A stretch of DNA of 56,434 nucleotides from Trichoplax sp. H2 (Eukaryota): positions 124,001-180,434 of the forward strand of contig NOWV01000161.1 of the NCBI GenBank assembly GCA_003344405.1. Direction: 5' to 3'. The translations under genes and the position numbers were made by a program. The stretch's first letter is position 1. Every line of letters begins with the position of its first letter. The notes beneath the pieces were generated by a model. It saw only the letters and a program-made list of their open reading frames with translations, was not told the DNA's origin and made no database searches. This document shows positions 24,800 through 36,048 of the stretch, in pieces.

Positions 24800-26240
24800 A
24801 ACCTTGTTCACCAATCAACTCGAGCGATAGTGAACCAATATCTACTGGACTGCGTTCCAAAACTCAACCCCAATACTGTACCCAAGGGAATCTTTCCACT
24901 CCGTCCAGCAACTCGTCTCTACCGTACCGTACCGAACCGAACCTTTCATCATGCTTGGATCGGTTCGTTTTTCTCTCTCGTCATCGAATCATGTGATGGT
25001 CGCACCCGCTCGCAGGACCAGTACCGTACTGGTACTGTACTGGTACTGATACCTTTGGTATCGGTACGATACCAAAGGTTGACTTGCTTGGCGTTCAGGC
25101 GATAGAGATACGATATACTGTACAGTGTACAGTACTGTAGTACATTTGTACATTGCACTGTACTACTGTACATTGTACAGTACTGCACGCTACTGTTGTC
25201 TACAGTATGCGCGTTATTACTCTAAATGTCCATGAACTACGATGGTATCGGATGGACAGACTCTTGACCAGATGCGGCCGAAAACAAAAATACTTGCTCA
25301 GTATGCATCTTCCGTGTCTGTTTTGGAAATCGCTCGTATTCATTTGAATAACATGGATGACCTCAAGTTACTGCTTCCAAGCAAAACTTAGTAACAGGCA
25401 ATAGAATACAATGTAATATTACTTAATTAATATAGCAAAAATCAGTCAATTCACAATCGACAGTCTTCATACTAAAGTGCTGTCATAATGAAGTGTTTGA
25501 TACAATTGGTTAACCAAAGTTAGCCCGGTGTCTGTCCGTCCAACGGAATGTCCAGTCCAGCAACCCTTCTCGTCGTCCATGTCCAATTGTCCGTAGACCA
25601 GCGTACAGACAGCGACTTCCAAGACTAACCAATACTGTACCTAAGAGGTTGGACCCGCTCTTTGAGCAGTATACAGCAGTGTTACCGTCATGGACTAGAG
25701 TAGTATGTGGGGAAGAACTCAGACAGACGGAATCTTTGACCAAAATGAGACCATCAGTAATGTCGAAGAATGACCACTTAGTATGGATCTTCCGTGCGTG
25801 TTTGCACTGGCACTAATTTAAATAACATCATCGATCTTATACTGTGTAGCTGTGTCCAAGAAGCACTTTATTAATAGGCAATAAGATTCACTATAATATT
25901 ACTTAATTTAGAAGAAATCAGCCAATTCGCAAACTGCATGCTTACTGTAACTCTGTAAGTACTGTTATAACCAAGTGTTTGGCATAATATTTCGACAAGA
26001 TGAGGCCAACGATGTCTGTCCGTCCAAGAGTGGTCAATCCAGGTCTTCTGGTACACGGTACAGTATAGTACAGTGCTCTACTACAAGCGGTAGTAAAACA
26101 GCCAATAAGGATCAGAAATAGCAGAAATAAATCAATAAAATAAGTAGAGAATCATTTCCACCACCGATGGATTAGTTTCTAGGCCAAATGATGAAAGCCA
26201 GTTAACATTTTGAACAGTTTAATGAATTAGTTATTCCCAA
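24800..26240. promoter_or_regulatory. Divergent promoter region between ATP6V0E and PSTK
   Basis: Head-to-head start codons at 24795(-) and 26243(+). TACAGTAC-type arrays at about 25015-25205 and 26050-26080, a hairpin at 25051-25079, and a local duplication. Confidence 0.6.
25250..26045. repeat. Diverged direct duplication (~300-bp segments, ~480-bp offset)
   Basis: Colinear shared blocks at about 25250-25560 and 25725-26045: 'agtatg(c/g)atcttccgtg', 'aggcaata..taatattacttaatt', 'aaatcag(t/c)caattc', 'aagtgtttg', 'tgtctgtccgtccaa'. Confidence 0.8.
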
Positions 26241-26242
26241 AG

Positions 26243-28777
26243 ATGGCTAGTCAGACAGTTTTACTCGCTGTTTATGGATTGCCAGGTGCTGGTAAAACAT
26301 CTTTAATTCATCGATTAATATCAGCATTGCCCAATCATGCTCAGCCATTGATCCCCATTCATATTTGTTATGACTCAATACTACCTAAGGAAATTGACTT
26401 CCAGGTAAAGGCATCACGAATCGAGTGTTAATGCATGCTATTGCATAGAAAGAGTTGCCTACAGGCTGTACAACTAGTATACTTATTATTGCAAATAATA
26501 ATGTTTTGGAGGTAAATCATGAATATGTTTACAGTATTGGTGACTTCAAGCAATGCATTACGGATACCCCATTTTGCAGCTCATGTGATTTGTAGTAGAA
26601 TTATTATTAAATATCAGCAACGATGAATGTTATTATTGTACAATCCTTATGTCGATAAGTCCTGATTTCCAGCGGTTTAGTTACAAATCATACGGATATC
26701 GGAGCTTATGCGTAAGAATCTTCTTCAAAATTGGACGATGATAGCTATCTCAGATGGCCAGTAGACGCGTAAAAGTACAGTACTACGAGTATGTCCCCGT
26801 TGGCAGTAAAAGTAGATTCTGCTGCAACCGACACAGTCCACTTCATAAGTCTTAAAAAATGCTATAGTATTGTTCCTTAATGACTCATATCGAATTGGGT
26901 GATGGTACTAGGCGCCATTAAAAGATGATCTTCTTTTAGTAGTCAATAATAGCACTATACGTGGACGAGCTTGTAATTTCACCAGAACCAGTAATTAATC
27001 ATTGACCGCAAATAGGGTTCTTGATAAATATAAGGAATCGTAATATACTATACTACTGAGCTAATAAAATCTGCTGATACGAGAAATGCAGTGATAACAA
27101 GGGCCAGAGATGACTCACGTAACCGTAGAAGTTTCAAGATACACAGTATACTGTTTTGGGAAACTAACAAGTCTTCAATCGTTTTTAGGATAGTGAAGAT
27201 ACAATATGGAAGAACATGAGGCAGCTTATTTTGGATTGTATTGAATATTATGAATGTTTTGATGATACTCTACTACCGTGGCAGACTAACCCTGATTATC
27301 GCGAAAAATGGCAAATCGTAAAAGAGATGATACAGACTGCTAAGAAAGACAGTAAAAGGTGCTATTTGTTAAAATGAGATGTCATTGTAAAGTACTTTAT
27401 ACAACGAGTTCGACAACAAATTCTAATTATATAACTCTATTATCCATGATAAAATATCGTAGGTGCCTTTATATACTAGATGATAACTTTTATTATCGTA
27501 GTATGCGATATAAGATCTATCAGCTAGCAAAGAAACGTGAGTAATTATTTCTTATTATGTGCAGTATTCATTTGCGAATGATGCTCGTAGAGATCTATTT
27601 ATTTTACATCCATTTATGCAATTGGGCCAATTTACTAGTGATAGTAGAACAGATAATCTTACAGTACTGTACATACTACCGCTTATCAGATCGTTGTGAT
27701 TATTTGCAAAGCATAATTTGTGTTGTAAAAGTATTTCGCTTCTGTACGCATAGTATTTGATTGGCATAAGTTATACCTGATTTGTTGATCATTTAACTGT
27801 ATTTAGTGTTTTATAGCATTTTAAATTGTCGTCGTACATTTATCTGGTAGATGCATGGGGATATGGTCAGATTTGGGTAAAGTGCCCTCTTGAAGTAGCG
27901 TTTCGGCGAAATTGTAACAGAGTAGTTCCAGTTGCTCAAGCAACGATTACAAAAATGGATAGCAAATTAGAAGTTGCCAATTCCAGTAAATTTCCTTGGG
28001 AAGACAATAACTTCATCTTTGAAAGTACCAATGAAGATCCTGATAATTGGTAAATTTAGATATGATAATGCATATTTTATTAGTAAGGAAAGATAGATAC
28101 ACGTTATGTAGACGCTTCACCGCTAAAATTGCTTTGCATTATAAAGTTAAAAGTTGCTTCGATTGTAAGGCTACCGTTGAAATGTTTTAAAATTTTTATT
28201 CTACTAGGAAGATGTTGCTCGATTTTACTATAGATACCTTCAGCAAGCCGGTAGTATTTATTTCTTCGACAGATGAGCTACAAAAGGTTTATAAATTAGC
28301 TAAATTAAATGGAGGGTTACTTCGTAATAGCATTTGTATTATCTGATCTGATATTTCTGTCATGCATTTGTTATTGTGGTAATTGGATAGGAGAAAGATC
28401 GATCAATTATTGCCAATAATTTCCTACATCAAGCTGATAAAATACTGAGAAAGTTAGTTTCACAATCTATACAACAATATATTGGAAAGGGTAAATATTT
28501 TTATTTTGCTTTGCTATTATTCAGTGATTCCTACTTTTGCTACCATTAATATTTAATTGTTATCTTTCGTCAAATTGTATACGTAGTAGGGAAAATAAAT
28601 TCTCAAAATATAGATATATCCAAGGAGTTCAATGATATTAGAAAGGATATTATGACAGATTTACGCCGAAATTCCAACCCACAGCTTTATCAAGTGGAGT
28701 GCACTAACACTGACGAATTACCGTCTCTACTGAATCGGATCTATACAGAAAGGTGCTTGATGAAAGGTCATGAGTAA
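26243..28777 (+). CDS. PSTK: O-phosphoseryl-tRNA(Sec) kinase (L-seryl-tRNA(Sec) kinase), 7 exons
   Basis: Exons 26243-26404, 27189-27358, 27463-27536, 27851-28049, 28208-28286, 28391-28490, 28587/28590-28777. Motifs: P-loop GLPGAGKT, ICYD, ILDDNFYYRSMRY..YQLAKK, CPLEVAFRRNCNR, KFPWE, LHQADKILRKLVSQ. Confidence 0.93.
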
Positions 28778-29874
28778 GGATGGCCAGCTATTGCTTAATA
28801 GAGTACGAGCATAGATCGTCACCAAATAATGATATCAAGGTTGTCATTACCTGACTATATGCAAACATTTCTATTGCATAGACTAAAATGCACCGATGCA
28901 TGTCATGCCATTGGTATTTATAGCTGTTTTCAGTGTCTCTAATAAAACAATAGTATCTTATTCTGTAAATAACTTATACAGAAATGTACAGTATCTTAAT
29001 ATAAGTTAATAGTACAATAAACAATAAACCATTCAATATAATATTATCGTACAAATTTTTAATGCACAATAATTTTTATACGAAGTATTAATAAATGACA
29101 ACTTGTCATATGATGCTATTTGGATTGTTATTACTGTGACAACGCGCACAGTTCTTATATAAAGCAGTAACAACAATCATTAAATTAAATTTACAATCTC
29201 AATAACCTAATACATAATTAAATATAGAATTCAGCATTTTGATGCACGTTCATGTTTGATAAGCTTTGTAACTTATAGATAAGAAACTCTTAAACAAACA
29301 AGTGGATAATCAGATGATATAAAACAGTAACCTATTGCACATATCGTATTTGCAAGGAATATAATATTCACTATGAAGATAGTAGTTTCTATTAACGCCG
29401 TATTTTAAAACATTGCTAGTCAACTAAAGGTAGGCGTACATGTGATCAATTACAAATCGACTTGAATTATGTTAATGGTAACTCATTGTGTAGTTATGAC
29501 GAAGTTGCAAACATCTAAGTTGATAGATTTGTATATTACATAAAAGATCGGCTATTAAAATGTAGCAATAACCATCAGCGGTAGCAATACATTATTAAGT
29601 TAGTTGTGAGTTCCAAATCAAGATGCCTTGATAACTATTAAAATTAGATTGCAAAAGTTGAATTTGAAATCACATTTAAAATTTTTTATAGGGTGATGCT
29701 CATCATGGCATTATGAAAAATAGACATTCTTATAATGCTCATGATAATCTTATAAGAGTCAATATGTCGAAATATCGGGAAGGTTCTATCGATATTATAC
29801 AACATAGGTATCCATTTATACCGTAAATATCTATATATATTCAGTTACACTACACTGTCATACTATAAAACTTT

Positions 29875-32800
29875 CTACTTCGATTTACTTTCTAAGTTTT
29901 CTCTGTAGTTCCTATATATAACAGATGAAAGAAATATGAATCGCAATTGCTAAGCAAGAACTCAGGTTGTCATTATTTTATGTGAGCTTACTTCCGTGCT
30001 CTTTCTATTAAAGCTTCCCTTCGATCTAATAGAGACGTAAGTCTTTCTGATGAACTTCTTCCAAAGTTCTTAGATGAGAATAAACTTCTATTAGGCTGTA
30101 AAGGACATCGATCATTTATCAATATCATTTTTGACTATGTCGCAATAGCAATATCAAATTTATCTTACTGATGTAGATATCTCATTATTTTCGGTCTTCT
30201 TAGGTGGAGTTACAGGCGTATACTTAATTCTGCCATCCAAGATTTTAGCAATAGTGTCATCAACGTTCTTAGTTATAGCTATCAGAATAACAAAGGCAGA
30301 AATTAACATCTGACACTACTTTGCTTTTTGGGGGTAGTTTTAATTCTTATAGTCACCTAAATCCTTTTGAATTACATCGTAAGGAACCTGAGGAAAAACA
30401 TCTTGCACTTGTTGCACCATCTTGGCCAGTCTGGTATCCCTGGTAGGTGTTGTGGCCTTGGGGGATTTACTGCTATCTTTTTGTGGTGTCACAGGTTGAA
30501 CAACTTCAGTTTGCGGATTATCGCTATTTATAACACCATCTAAATAGTAAAATTAAGCATAAACGATTTATATAACGCTCAATAGAAATAAATATCTTTT
30601 TTCCATCAATAAAATATATCACCGTCTGCCTGTTTTTTTATTTGGGATGCCGATAACGAAGACTGTTCAGAGACTATTGGATCACTTCGTAAATTTAAAG
30701 CCTCACTTATCTCCTGTAAACATATTGATGAAAGTTGGTAAGGAGGCAAATATAAACGTTAGCCCTTAGCTGTTAGTATACAGATATCTCGTATATCTGT
30801 TTCACAAAATACCAAATTTAATAATATATAATACCTTTCGTAATCTAAATATAGCTTTATCATTAGATTCATTTGCATCCTTTGATAAGACAGGTAAAAT
30901 ACTAGATCATGAGAGTATAAGGGTAAATATTATTATTTATCGTATTACACAAACATGGTTCATGCCTGCAGGAATGATTAGTTCATACCGTATATCATAA
31001 AATGTATAAGGAACGAAAAAATGCCACAATAGGTCTTCCCATCGATTACTGGTTCGAGTAGTCTAATAAATATTAAAATGAAGATAATGCGAATGTCACC
31101 CTTACGTCGTATCTTCCTACTGTATCGATACTAAAACAAACTACCTACCAATCTGACATAACCAAGAAATGGTCGTGTAGCTTTAATTACAATCTATATA
31201 GAATAACATAGGCAATGTCAAAATCTTGGTAAGATCATAATATTAAGTATTGCTTAGTTTACATAATACATGAATCAAGATGCTACAATAGCAACGTTCT
31301 TAACAGCAACTTCATACTCGATGTGTTTATGATCACTAAATCATTATACTTACTGGCTGTACAGAATGTTCTGTCTCGAAAACCCAATCACTGTTGAACG
31401 ATAAAATATGTAAACACGCATTTATGAAAATGTACAGTTTACGCTATGTAAACGAAATTGATTTTAAAATGATTAGAGTAAACGGTAAGCAGATTACAAA
31501 CATGAGTACAGTATATCATCGTACAATTTAAGTGCTATAAAAATTTACTGATCTCTTACCAAAATTCTAGTAAGGATTTTCCATCGGAAATAGTGCGTTC
31601 AGGGAAAAGAAGGATGGGTTGAGATAACTCTAAAGGCAATTAAGTGTCATGGTTAGTTTACATTAGGATATGAAGAAGTAGAATTTTATCTGAGAAACTG
31701 CAAGATCTTTGGGGAAGTAATTACTGCCATATTACATAAATGATCAATAATGTAACAGTCTACGTATTAGTTTAGTGACTACACACTTGCTACTCGTTAT
31801 TACTAATACTACTTTCACTATAAGATATAAATGTTGTAGAGGCATACGCGTTAGCAGAGCAATGAGGGAATGCTAGTAAGAGAGTATGAAAGTAAAGCTG
31901 TAAGATACAGTGCTCACCAGTTTTGCTTTTACAAGCCTTAAGGAATTCTTCTCTTGACGGATAATAATCTTTGCTATATGATCTATTGACCTTCATTGGA
32001 TATAAAGAATAAGTGCTACTTTAGGACTATAATCAATCTGTATGAAATCAATCATTTAAGATATACAGCAATGCATTGATTACATGGCAAAAAAAGACCC
32101 TGTATTCATTCTTCAAGTATTATGCCATAATTACAAACGCGGTGGATAACAGATTAGGAGTCCTGACTCGCTAAGCTACTACACGCTACCCTGCAGTTAC
32201 CGTACGTCAAGTTCCTTCTAAGGTAAAAATTCTATTTGCACTATTAGCACGTCTACTGAATATTACTTTCCAATGGGATACTTGGATAGTGGTCATGTAC
32301 GGTATACAATAAGGTGAAGTCATTAAAATTTCGAATCAACTAGCAACATTATCGATATTTTTAAAGGCATCGGCTGATGTACTAAACCTGTGATCGTAAC
32401 TGGAACTATTGACTCTAATTAGATACGGTATTGTTCTTTCCAGTTATTAACGTTCACACTACTTCATGGACATAAGTATTTTTAATCAAGCGAGTTAAAA
32501 CTGGTACAATTTACTGGATCCAGGAGACCAGGATCGCACAAATTGCAGTTTTGCTCAATCCTGATTACTGTACTACTGTATCCTGTATTTTTAGGCTGCT
32601 ATCGACTAAAGAATTTCCATATATCAACATGGAAAGACGACAACTCGATAAGAGCGATAAGGCTATCTATCGGCTTGATACAGAGGTTAAAACCGGGTGC
32701 AAGAGATTCGCTCAAGTATGTTCCCAACTTACTTGTAACGTCGTATTCAATACGGTAGCATCCATAACCGATACATGATTACTGACGATAACCTATACAA

Positions 32801-33359
32801 TAATATAGCATATAATACGATTAGAGAGACTTTTGATGTTGATCTAGAGATAACTTTCCACGAAGTCAACAAGCAATTTTGCCTTGATCATACCGAAAGA
32901 TTACGAACCTTGTTATTCGAGGATAACTGATGACGGCCAGAACAATGCACTAGCATACCACAAACAGCTGAAATACTTTGCAATATAAACCTACAAGAAT
33001 ATTGAAGCAAGTATCGCATGAATGACACATTTTAATCACGATCAATATATCATGGCTTTGATTGCAGGTCAATTAATCCAACCTTCTTATAGAGCCATAG
33101 TAACATGGTATGAAATGAGCAGCTAATTGCAGCTGCAGATAGACAGCAAGGCGTAAAATGAGTAGAACCAATCCAATTGGACCGTATAGCAAAAGGAAGA
33201 TTAACCGGATATCGTTTGGAAATCTATAAAAAAAATAATTCATAAATGCTTGGTTGTATGCTCAAAGTGTCCATCAGACTCTACGGATAAGTAGTCTAGT
33301 TAATGAATGATTAATCACAACGAAAGCAGACTGTTGACCAACCTAGATGGACTAGCCAT
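29875..33359 (-). CDS. AUP1: AUP1 (lipid-droplet/ERAD factor; acyltransferase-like, CUE and G2BR regions), ~15 exons
   Basis: Exons 33343-33359, 33083-33223, 32909-32990, 32733-32792, (uncertain exon near 32580-32666), 31918-31990, 31560-31629, 31354-31390, 31149-31193, 30989-31062, 30835-30901, 30623-30713, 30357-30539, 30169-30278, 29992-30095, 29875-29911. Motifs: LLLYGPIGLVLLILRL, VSNHVSVMD, PILLFPE, DLLWHFFVPYT, CUE VQQVQDVFPQVPYDVIQKDL, C-terminal ERLTSLLDRREALIERARK. Confidence 0.9.
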
Positions 33360-33699
33360 TTTTCTGCAGGTTGCAATGATGGTCAAGGCCGCACGCGTGC
33401 CGCGAACTTTATTTCCAGTTAAGGGTTTACACTGTACTGTACATGCTGTAGCGTGCCGTACAGTACAGCACCATGGACTACAACATACTGACAGACAGAC
33501 AGACTCACTGTAATCATGGGCTTCTACAGCTGGAAGCCCATGCTTTGGCTGTACGATAGACTTTACAGTACACAGTTAGATCATCGTCGGGGTCAGTCCA
33601 CCATGGAGGAGGCAATAGAAAAAAAAGCCTTTCGATGGTATTATATCAATGAAGTGAGGTGATCAGCAAGAACAGTCCAAAAATCCATACTAAATAGGT

Positions 33700-34190
33700 A
33701 TGGACTCTTCAACATGCTCGATAACCCCATACTAGATCTTGGATTTTGGTGCTTACTATTGCAATCGAGAAGATGCTAGTGGCATCATGGGGAAAGGAGC
33801 TAGAACTAGAATCAGGGAATGATGTAGAATAAGTAGCTAAATATTATCATGATGCAAATCATTTTCAACAACTGCTGCTCATTAAAGTTTGGGACGATTA
33901 TGAGTCGCTTAGGAACGATGTATTAGGTTAATAGCGATAGAGTACTTTCAAATTGATATGAGTCTCATCAAACATGCTTAATAACACTGTCGATCTTCGG
34001 TTTTGGCTCTTGCTATTCAAATCGAGTAGTTGCTATGGCATCATAAAAAGTAGCACTACAGTTTATTTATTACTAGTATCAGGAAATGGAGTATAAGTAA
34101 TTAAATTAAATACTTGATTACTTGTGTCGTGCCATTTAATTTTTTCAATCAATTATGAACATAGAGTCGTGGAAAACCTGGAACAATGAT
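33700..34190. repeat. Diverged direct duplication (~260-bp offset) upstream of AUP1
   Basis: 'aacatgctcgataac..gatcttggattttggtgcttactattgcaatcgagaagatgctagtggcatcat' (~33711) matches 'aacatgcttaataac..gatcttcggttttggctcttgctattcaaatcgagtagttgctatggcatcat' (~33971). Confidence 0.75.
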
Positions 34191-36048
34191 ATAAATAAGT
34201 TGTACTTATCGGACCTAACATAACAGTAGTAGAAAGAAAGAACTACGCTATGCCTTTCGTATATTCGCTTGATGCTCAACGCAAAAAGGCAGCTAGGGCA
34301 GCAGACAGTTACAAGACGGTTAGTACTTTACAATAGTTTAGATATTTCATCAACCAACAAACAAACAGACTTCTATTTCTATACATGTAAGGAAATTGAA
34401 GTATAAAACAGCAATGTTTATATTGCATAAGCGATGCCAACATAGAAGTACGTATATCATCAATTTCAACTTTATGGTAGTGCCTAATACACAATACTGT
34501 ACGATGGCCACGTAAAACATACACAGTATACTGCTTAGCTGATACTAATAAAGCATTACAAATCCAGGCATATCTGTTACTAACTAATCTAATGAGATAA
34601 AGATCACTGATTAGCATACAACATGGAATATATTTTATTGCATATTATAACATTGTATAGTTGATACCTTAGCTGGATAAATATCTGGTATAACAGGGAT
34701 AAATAAATATGATTATAACACAGAAGAAATACTAAAGTCGAAAATACGTACATCGTATATCAATATCAGAAATTAGCAAGGTTAAATCATAGTAGAGTAA
34801 TTAATTATCAATATAAACATTTGACGATCGATGCTGTGCGGTATTTCGGCATACAAAAAATTAAAATTACTATACAATTCTAATGCATCCGAAATATGTT
34901 TGTCGTACTGTAGGGCTTTCAACTAAGTACTCTATCAATAATTAACACATCAACGCGCACATATTTGGTATATAGCTTATATAACGATACCGCATAAAGA
35001 TACAATCAATGATTCGTAATTCCTAGTGCAATCAATTTTGTAATGTAAAGCTAAATATCGTTACATTTGACTATAGAATTGTAAAACACTCGTATCTAGA
35101 TGATAATGGCTAAAAAGTACCGTAAAATATTAGATAAATAACTTAGTAAATATCATTTGAAGTGTTATATGGCAATAAATTGTATCATGTTTTACTTTAT
35201 CTGGCTCACAATTATCGTTAATATAACATAAATGGCATAAATGACATCTGGCTGGAATACTCCTCAACAAAAATTATTTAAAATATATGTTTGCTCTCAT
35301 TGGAAAATAAAATTTTAAAGCATATTTTAATTTAATGTAAACAATAGCGTACGTGTAATTTATAGGCGCTTTAAAAATCGATATAAAAACCAATGTGAAC
35401 AATTAGCATTTAATCAATTTGTAATCTCACAATAACTAAAAATCTGGTCTAAGTTGGGTTGAAGCAATTGGGGAATGTTATCATGATAATTTAATAGTAA
35501 TTTCTACTTTTCTTAACTTAATGACAATAAAATCTATTAGTATTGGTGTACGTGATTTGCCGTTAAATTATTGTTGGTAATGTAAGAATTCGATCAAATC
35601 ACGACTGTAATAATAGAAAATACTAAAATATTAATCACTTTCAATTTCTAAAGCTAGAATTAGATGAGGAAACAGAAATTACTTCATTCTCCAATTTTAG
35701 CTTCAGTTCCTAAAGTTTAGAGCAGGGTCGGAGCTCCTTCCTGGTCATTATAGCCATATAAATATATTCCATAGATTTCATTCAACCGTTCGAATAATTT
35801 ATGGGATTAATCTTGCCATTACAGAATTAAGTCGAATGGCAATAATTCACTTCGATTGTTAAAGATATTGATAAATCACCCGTAGAGTTAGTGGTAAAAA
35901 TACTACGTAGTCATTTTTTCTTCAATTTTCATTATTTTAAATGACGATATTACTTTTCTGCTGATACCAAACGAGGATTTCGTAGTAAGTATAAGTTAAC
36001 ATGTCGTATTTTGAAACTTACTTCCTTAAAAGGTTATTCAACAGAACT

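Noticed and set aside
24595-24996. 133-aa + strand ORF
   Set aside because: Antisense shadow of ATP6V0E exon 1 and its promoter, with no recognisable domain.
24949-25347. ORFs rich in YCTV/TVQY (also at 1912, 42825, 43286, 55806)
   Set aside because: Translations of the TACAGTAC arrays, not proteins.
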